NCBI GenBank assembly: GCA_031414535.1
Contig: JANNVQ010000005.1
Span: forward strand, 115,331-179,330
DNA: 64,000 nt
Direction: 5' to 3'
Source of the DNA: Gemmatimonas sp.
GTDB taxonomy: Bacteria > Gemmatimonadota > Gemmatimonadetes > Gemmatimonadales > Gemmatimonadaceae
Under the pieces are notes generated by a model. It was not told the origin of the DNA. It saw only the letters and a program-made list of their open reading frames with translations, and did no database searches. The position numbers and the translations under genes are program-made. Below, piece after piece: positions 57,961 to 64,000 of the stretch (the stretch's first letter is position 1; every line of letters starts with the position of its first letter).

Positions 57961-59109
57961 ATGGCGTTCTCTCGTCGTTCCTTCGTTCGTGCACTTGGCC
58001 TGAGCAGCGCCACCGCCCTTTCAGCTCCGGCTTGGGTGAACGCGCGTGGACTTGAGTCGCTCTCCGGCGAGATGGATGCTGCCGCGCTCGACAAGCTCAG
58101 CCAAAGCGGCGCAATCCGGCTGATGAGCAACGAGAACCCCAACGGACCGATTCCCGCCGCCATCCGCGCGATGCAGGCCTCCTTCCACGAGGCCGCGTGG
58201 TATCCCGCGAGCACGGAACTGCGCGTGCGCGAAGCCTTAGCCCGCGTCCACAAGATGCCTCTCGATCAGATCCTGCTTGGCTCGGGCTCTGGCGAAATCT
58301 TGAAAATTGCCGTGCAAGCCTTCTGCTCCCCCACCAAGCATCTCGTCACGGCCATCCCAACCTTCGAGACACCCACCGGCGTTGCGCAGCTCTTGGGATA
58401 TCCGGTGAAGGAAGTACCGCTTGACGCCCAACTGCGTCTCGATCTCGATGCGATGGTCCGCGAAGTGCGCGGCGCCGGACTCGTCTTCCTCTGCAATCCC
58501 AACAACCCCACCGGCCACGTGTACGGCAAGGTGGAGATTGAACGCTTCATCAACGCCTGCCTCGCGGCAGATCCGGAAGTTGTGATTCTCGTGGATGAGG
58601 CCTATCACGAGTTCGTGGACGATCCTGCCTACACGACGATGCTTCCGATGATCGCGTCGCAGCCGCGCGTCTTCGTGTCTCGCACCTTCTCCAAGATTTA
58701 CGGCATGGCCGGCTTACGCATCGGCTACGCCTTTGGTCAGCCCGCCACCTTGCAGCGCATGGGCCGTCATCGCCTCGGCAACGGCATCGGGGCACTCGCG
58801 CAGGTCGCCGCCGTCGCCGCCCTAGATAATCCAGCCGCGATGGCGCGCGAGCAGCAGCTCAATCGCGAGACCCGCGCCTTCACCACGAAGTTCTTCACGG
58901 ACCTCGGCTATCAGGTGGTCCCGTCGCAGGCCAACTTCATTTTGGTGAACGTGCGCCGCGACACGCGCGCCTTCCAAGAGGCCTGCCTCGCGCAGGGCCT
59001 GCTCGTGGGTCGCGCCTTCCCGCCGCTGATGCAGTGGTCGCGCATCTCGTTCGGGACCATGCAGGAGATGCAGCGGGCCACACGTCTCATTCAGCAGGTG
59101 CTGGCATAA
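57961..59109 (+). CDS. Class I/II PLP aminotransferase (HisC-like) with Tat signal
   Basis: 'SRRSFV' Tat motif; 'NENP', 'CNPNNPTG', 'DEAY', 'RTFSKIYGMAGLRIGY'. Confidence 0.85.
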   Translation: MAFSRRSFVRALGLSSATALSAPAWVNARGLESLSGEMDAAALDKLSQSGAIRLMSNENPNGPIPAAIRAMQASFHEAAWYPASTELRVREALARVHKMPLDQILLGSGSGEILKIAVQAFCSPTKHLVTAIPTFETPTGVAQLLGYPVKEVPLDAQLRLDLDAMVREVRGAGLVFLCNPNNPTGHVYGKVEIERFINACLAADPEVVILVDEAYHEFVDDPAYTTMLPMIASQPRVFVSRTFSKIYGMAGLRIGYAFGQPATLQRMGRHRLGNGIGALAQVAAVAALDNPAAMAREQQLNRETRAFTTKFFTDLGYQVVPSQANFILVNVRRDTRAFQEACLAQGLLVGRAFPPLMQWSRISFGTMQEMQRATRLIQQVLA

Positions 59110-59155
59110 AGCCCTGCCGCTCGGGGGGACGCTGGTGCATTCTTAGGGTCCCCTT

Positions 59156-60289
59156 ATGCAAATGAGTCACGTAGCCAACCGTCCCCGCTGGGATGACCAC
59201 GACTGGTCCCCGCTTCCGCCTCTACCCGAGGACGCCGAGGCCGAACTCGTCGTCGTAGGACTCGGCGGCACTGGCCTCTCCGCCATCTCCGAGGCACTGG
59301 ACCTCGGCGTAAAGTCTGTGATCGGCGTGGATGCTGTGGATGCTGCGGCGGGCGCTGCTGGACGTAACGGTGGTCTCCTCCTCGCCGGCCCGGCCGACTT
59401 CCATCACGACGCCGTCGAGAAGCACGGCGTCGAGCGCACGCTCGCCATCACCGCGCTCACGGAGCGCGAGATGGCACGCATCCAGAAAGAGACGCCGGGC
59501 GTCGTTCGCGTCACCGGCTCACTGCGCATCGCCGAGGATGCCAAGGAGTTCGAAGACTGCCGCAAGCAATTCGAGTCTATGCGTGCCGACGGCCTTCTGG
59601 TGGAGATGTACGCAGGTCCCGAAGGTCGGGGCCTGCTCTTCCCGGGTGACGGTGTGATGCAGCCCATGCGCCGTGCGCGCATGCTGGCCACCTCGTTGCG
59701 CGAACGCGGTGCCCTGCTTTACGGCGGCACCGTCGCGCGTTCCATCGAGCCCGGTCGCGTGCGCACCGAGTACGGCAACATTATCTGCAAGCACGTCATC
59801 GTGTGCGTAGACGGCAAGCTCGAGTGGCTCTTCCCTGAGTTGCTCTCCGAGGTGCGTACGGCGCGCTTGCAGATGATTGCCACAGACCCACAGACTCCGG
59901 TGAAGTACACGCGGCCGGTGTCCACGCGCTATGGCTTCGACTACTGGCAGCAATTGCCGGACGGCACCGTCTTGCTCGGCGGTGGCCGCGACAAGTTCGA
60001 GGACCTTGAGTGGACCACCGACGACGCGCCCGATGAGCGCGTGCAGGATTATCTCACCAACACGCTGCGCAACACGCTCGGCATCAGCGCGCCCATCACG
60101 CATCGCTGGGCGGCGTCGGTGTCATTCACCGATTCGGGATTGCCCGTCGCTCGGCAGCTTGGCGGCAGCGTGATTGTCTGCGGTGCGTACTCGGGGACGG
60201 GCAATCTCGTGGGAGCCGTGTGCGGCCGCGGGGCTGCGCAACTCGCGATTAAGGGTGACAGCAGCACGCTCGATCACTTCCAGGACTAG
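59156..60289 (+). CDS. FAD-dependent oxidoreductase (DAO/PuuB-like)
   Basis: 'VVGLGGTGL', 'GAAGRNGG', 'YSGTG'. Confidence 0.85.
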   Translation: MQMSHVANRPRWDDHDWSPLPPLPEDAEAELVVVGLGGTGLSAISEALDLGVKSVIGVDAVDAAAGAAGRNGGLLLAGPADFHHDAVEKHGVERTLAITALTEREMARIQKETPGVVRVTGSLRIAEDAKEFEDCRKQFESMRADGLLVEMYAGPEGRGLLFPGDGVMQPMRRARMLATSLRERGALLYGGTVARSIEPGRVRTEYGNIICKHVIVCVDGKLEWLFPELLSEVRTARLQMIATDPQTPVKYTRPVSTRYGFDYWQQLPDGTVLLGGGRDKFEDLEWTTDDAPDERVQDYLTNTLRNTLGISAPITHRWAASVSFTDSGLPVARQLGGSVIVCGAYSGTGNLVGAVCGRGAAQLAIKGDSSTLDHFQD

Positions 60290-60292
60290 ACC

Positions 60293-60877
60293 ATGCGCTG
60301 GGACAAGCCGCCGATGCTAGAGGCCACCGTCTCGCTCCCGGCTTGGGTGCGCGAATCGGTGAGCTTCGACGAGCCGTACACGTCCGACGAGCAGAAGATG
60401 CGCCTCGCCATCCGACTCGCGGACGAGAACGTCGAGCACGGCACCGGTGGACCGTTCGGCGCCGCGGTGTTTGAGAAGGGTAGCGGTCAGCTCATCGCCG
60501 TGGGCGTGAATTCCGTGGTGCGCCTCAACAACTGCACGTTGCACGCGGAAATGGTCGCCTACCAGCTCGCGCAAAAGCGGATCGCGTCGTACACGCTGAG
60601 CGCGGAGGGGCATCCCGAGCACGAACTGTTCACCAGCTGCGAGCCCTGCGCGATGTGCCTCGGTGCCACGCTGTGGAGCGGTGTACAGCGCGTGGTGATT
60701 GCGGCCTCGCGCGATGATGCCATCGCGATTGGCTTTGACGAGGGGCCGGTGTTCTCCGAGTCGTACGCCTACTTAAAAGCACGCGGCGTAGACGTAGTGC
60801 ACGGCGTGCTGCGCGCCGAGGGGCGCGCAGTGCTGGAGCGCTACAAGGCGATGGGCGGGCCGGTTTACAACGGCTGA
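60293..60877 (+). CDS. Zn-dependent nucleoside/guanine deaminase family protein
   Basis: 'GGPFGA', HAE, 'EPCAMC'. Confidence 0.88.
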   Translation: MRWDKPPMLEATVSLPAWVRESVSFDEPYTSDEQKMRLAIRLADENVEHGTGGPFGAAVFEKGSGQLIAVGVNSVVRLNNCTLHAEMVAYQLAQKRIASYTLSAEGHPEHELFTSCEPCAMCLGATLWSGVQRVVIAASRDDAIAIGFDEGPVFSESYAYLKARGVDVVHGVLRAEGRAVLERYKAMGGPVYNG

Positions 60878-62475
60878 GTTGGGCCCGGCCGCTCGAGTGA
60901 GCCCTGAACGTGAAGCGTTTGCGTCGGGAACGCGAACGACGTGCCATTGCGCTCCACAGCTTCCATCATCTGAAGAAACAAATCCTCACGGACGGCGCGG
61001 AATTCGTCAATCACCGTCGTCTGCACCCAGCACAGCACCTCTATGTTCAGGGAGAACGAGCCAAACTCCCGAAATCGGACGACCACCCGGTCTTGCCACA
61101 TCAGTGGATGGGCGCGCAACAACTTCTCAATCTCATCGCGTACTGTACGCATCGTGGCCGCACTGGTCCCGTACTCCAACCCGAGCGTCGCGCGTAGGTG
61201 TACGCGATCGCGCGGTGCGAAGTTCTCCGTCTTCGTCTCGGCGAGCTGGCCGTTCGGAATCGAAAGGATGGTTCGCTCCATCGTACGAATCTGCGTCGAC
61301 CGAAGACCGATTGCTTCAACCTCTCCTTCCGTGCCTCCAACACTAATCCAATCGCCCACACGGAACGGCTGATCCACGCCAATGCTCACGGAGCCGAAGA
61401 AATGCTCCAGCGACTTCTGCGCCCCAAGCGCGACGGCGATACCACCTATGCCAAGACCGGCGAGAATCGTCGCCACAGGGTAGCCGAACTGCGACACCAC
61501 CGTCAGGACGGCAAGCAGAAAAATGAACAAGCGCGCGATGCGCCCGCCCAGCGGAATCAGGGACCGTAGTGCGGGATGCCTCGTGCCCCAATCGGAGAGC
61601 GGAACGGTCTCCTGCATCACGCCAATGGAACGCAGCACCACCCAGAACACGGCCACAGTGGCCAGCGCCCCCTGCAAATCCACGATGAACGCCTGCACCG
61701 GCGTGGCGAGCGCAATCCAGCGCAACAGCACACGACTCGCCGTCACGGCCCACAGGAGCACGATCGGGCCTCGGGCCGCTGCAATCAGCTTGTCGTCAAA
61801 CTCCGTCTCCGTCTTGGCCGACAGTCGCGCAAACAATACGCGGCTGGGAACTTCGAGCAACCAGCCAATGACCGCCGCAAGCGGAATGAGGACCAACAGC
61901 GCCAACCACTGCCAGTAGAGGATCTCGAAGGGACCAGGATTGAGCAGCGGCACAGGGATGTGCTCGCGAATCCAGTTGTCCGGCAGGTCGCCGTAGAGCT
62001 CGTCAATCTGACTGACCGTGACCTCGGAAAACTTCCACTCGCGGGCATCCCCGCGCCCGACGCGCGCCAGCCGGATGGCGAGTTCTCGCTTGTCAGAGGT
62101 CGTGATGGTACCGAGAAGATCGCGGTCGCTGGGCAAGCTGTCGTCTCGCAAACCCCGCGCGCTCGGCGACACCTTCTCAAGGTCAATCCAAAGTCGCGAG
62201 TCTAGAACCGCGGAAAGCCGCCGCGTCAGTTCATCAAACCGCGACGTGTCCGTGCCCGCTGGGAAGGCCAGATAGGCCGACGCGGCGGCGAAGTCGCCAC
62301 GCCGTGACAATTCGAAGAACCGCGCCAAGGTGGCCCGGGGCGACGCCGAGTCCACGACGACCGCCTCCGCCACCTGCTCCGTATCGGCCGCCGGAGCCGA
62401 AGGCCGACCAAACAGCTGGGCCCCAAGCGCCATCGGAAGCAGGAATCCGCCCCAAACCAGTCGAGAAAGTCGCAT
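60865..62475 (-). CDS. MscS family mechanosensitive channel with N-terminal periplasmic domain
   Basis: 'AGLGIGGIAVALGAQ', 'PFRVGDWI', 'IGLRST.IRT', 'FAFPTQTL'. Confidence 0.9.
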   Translation of the reverse strand: MRLSRLVWGGFLLPMALGAQLFGRPSAPAADTEQVAEAVVVDSASPRATLARFFELSRRGDFAAASAYLAFPAGTDTSRFDELTRRLSAVLDSRLWIDLEKVSPSARGLRDDSLPSDRDLLGTITTSDKRELAIRLARVGRGDAREWKFSEVTVSQIDELYGDLPDNWIREHIPVPLLNPGPFEILYWQWLALLVLIPLAAVIGWLLEVPSRVLFARLSAKTETEFDDKLIAAARGPIVLLWAVTASRVLLRWIALATPVQAFIVDLQGALATVAVFWVVLRSIGVMQETVPLSDWGTRHPALRSLIPLGGRIARLFIFLLAVLTVVSQFGYPVATILAGLGIGGIAVALGAQKSLEHFFGSVSIGVDQPFRVGDWISVGGTEGEVEAIGLRSTQIRTMERTILSIPNGQLAETKTENFAPRDRVHLRATLGLEYGTSAATMRTVRDEIEKLLRAHPLMWQDRVVVRFREFGSFSLNIEVLCWVQTTVIDEFRAVREDLFLQMMEAVERNGTSFAFPTQTLHVQGSLERPGPTQPL

Positions 62476-62561
62476 CCTCCAAAGTTGGCCTTTCCTACCA
62501 GCGAGGCAACCCTCACCCTGAGTAGATTTCGGTTCTCCCTAGCCCTGCGAAGGAACCCTGA

Positions 62562-63668
62562 ATGGCCGCTACAAACGCACCCCATCTCGCCGACCCCGAC
62601 AAGAACCCCTCGTTCACGCGTGGCGTGTTCCAAGGCGAGATCCTCGAAGACCTCGTGTTCCCGTTCCCCGAGCCTAGTGCTGAGGAAAAGGAAACGCTCA
62701 GGCAAATCCTCGATTCGTTCCGCAGTTGGGCCGCGGACAATGTGGACTCCCATAAGATGGACAAGGAAGGCCGCTTCCCCGATGAAGTCCGTAAGGGAAT
62801 GGCCGAACTCGGATTGATGAGCCTCAACATCCCCGAGGAGTACGGCGGATTCGGCGCCAGCACGATGGTCTTCACCCGCGTCTTCGGTGAAGTCGGTGCC
62901 GTAGATGCCGCCCTCGCCGTGTACTTCGGCGCGCACCAGAGCATCGGCATCAAGGGCATCATCCTTTTCGGCACGGACGATCAAAAGCAGCGCTGGCTCA
63001 CCCGCTGCGCCAACGACGGACTCATCGGCGCCTTCTGTCTCACCGAACCCGGATCCGGCTCCGACGCGCAGGCCATGCTTGCCACCGCCGTACCGAGCGC
63101 GGACGGCAAGTCCTATACGCTCAACGGCACCAAGATGTGGATCTCCAACGCCGGCTATGCTGGCCTGTTCACCGTCTTCGCCAAGGTCCCGGTGATGGTG
63201 GATGGCAAGCAGAAGCAGCGCGTCACCGCATTCATCGTGGACGCCCATGCACCTGGCATCTCGCTCGGCAAGATCGAAGAGAAGATGGGCATCAAGGCCA
63301 GCGACACACGCACCGTCACCTTCGAGAACGTGAGCGTGCCGGCCGAAGACCTTTTGGGTGAAGTGGGCGGCGGCTTCAAGATTGCACTCGAAATCCTCAA
63401 CTCCGGCCGACTCGGTCTCGCCGCTGGCTCCTCACGTGGCACGCGCGAGATGATGAAGCTGTCGATTGCCTACATCAAGCAGCGCGAACAGTTCGGTCGC
63501 CCTATCGGCAGCTTCGAGATGATGCAGAAGAAGGTCGCGACGGCAGCCGCCGAGTGCTATGCCTCTGACGCAGGTTGGATGCTCTGCGCCGGCATGGTGG
63601 ACCGCGGCGGCGTGGACTTCTCAATGGTCGTCAATTTTACTCAGACAATGGGGCATTATCTGCTATAA
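62562..63668 (+). pseudogene. Acyl-CoA dehydrogenase (ACAD9/VLCAD-like), truncated at about 63622 by foreign sequence
   Basis: 'GAHQSIG', 'FCLTEPGSGSDA', 'REQFGRPI' are present; the C-terminal K...RIFEG region is missing; codon style changes after 'VDFS'. May be an assembly artefact rather than a true pseudogene. Confidence 0.7.
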
Positions 63669-63772
63669 ATGAACGACTTACACATATAATGTACAACGCG
63701 GCTCCCGGCGTGTATTTTATCAAGTTACAAAGCCCACAAGTGTTGCAAACCATCCGTTGGGTTAAGCTTTAG
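63620..63772 (+). CDS. 3' fragment resembling a T9SS type-A C-terminal sorting domain
   Basis: 'LNGR...APGVYFIKL......TIRWVKL*' matches the Por/T9SS CTD pattern; AT-richer DNA; no 5' part. Confidence 0.55.
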   Translation, partial: LNGRQFYSDNGALSAINERLTHIMYNAAPGVYFIKLQSPQVLQTIRWVKL

Positions 63773-63803
63773 TCGAAAGGACAGTAAATTATTTTGGGCG
63801 TGC

Positions 63804-63858
63804 CCGCTGCCGCTTTTGTGTATTTTCTAAACGGATATACACGCAAAAGCGACAGCGG
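63804..63858. repeat. Imperfect hairpin (REP-like or terminator) in the foreign segment
   Basis: CCGCTG-C-CGCTTTTG-TGTAT ... ATAC-ACG-CAAAAGCG-A-CAGCGG. Confidence 0.55.
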
Positions 63859-64000
63859 TCGGTGTCTTGCGTAGCTCCCTTACGGTCGGCCCTTTGGGCA
63901 GCCACACAACCTGCGGCAGTTTTTCCTTAAGTTATACATCTTTTGGCCCTTACGGGCTGCCGCCGCTTGCGTGGCTCTACTCCAGCCACCTCACGCGGGC

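Overview
A gene-dense, high-GC bacterial chromosomal segment with about 63 CDS. Gene content and protein style suggest Gemmatimonadota (inference). No rRNA, tRNA, CRISPR array, integrase or transposase was recognised. Recognisable blocks: DUF4097 envelope proteins; a secreted triple helix-hairpin-helix protein; a three-gene metzincin protease unit; a divergent pair of Rieske proteins; arginase plus an AgrE/ArgZ-type ornithine cyclodeaminase; an IorAB-like molybdoenzyme with XdhC and MocA; an aerobic 2-aminobenzoyl-CoA (abm-like) catabolic operon ending in a FabH-like condensing enzyme; a signalling unit (hybrid His kinase with a histone-H1-like tail, a single REC protein, and a DHp-REC-HAMP-Ser/Thr kinase); an imuA-imuB-dnaE2 mutagenesis cassette; and a gluQ/transporter/aminotransferase run. 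The best candidates for undescribed biology are: (1) a phosphorelay that ends in a Hanks-type kinase; (2) a possible dockerin/cohesin-like protease anchoring pair; (3) a tandem TTCGG-N6-TTCGG candidate SOS operator upstream of imuA; (4) a GACGGAW heptamer palindromic element that clusters around the cassette and sits in frame inside dnaE2; (5) the abm operon with FabH. At about 63622 an acyl-CoA dehydrogenase is cut off and joined to AT-richer, Bacteroidota-like DNA, probably a chimeric junction. All product calls come from motif recognition by eye; no database search was run.
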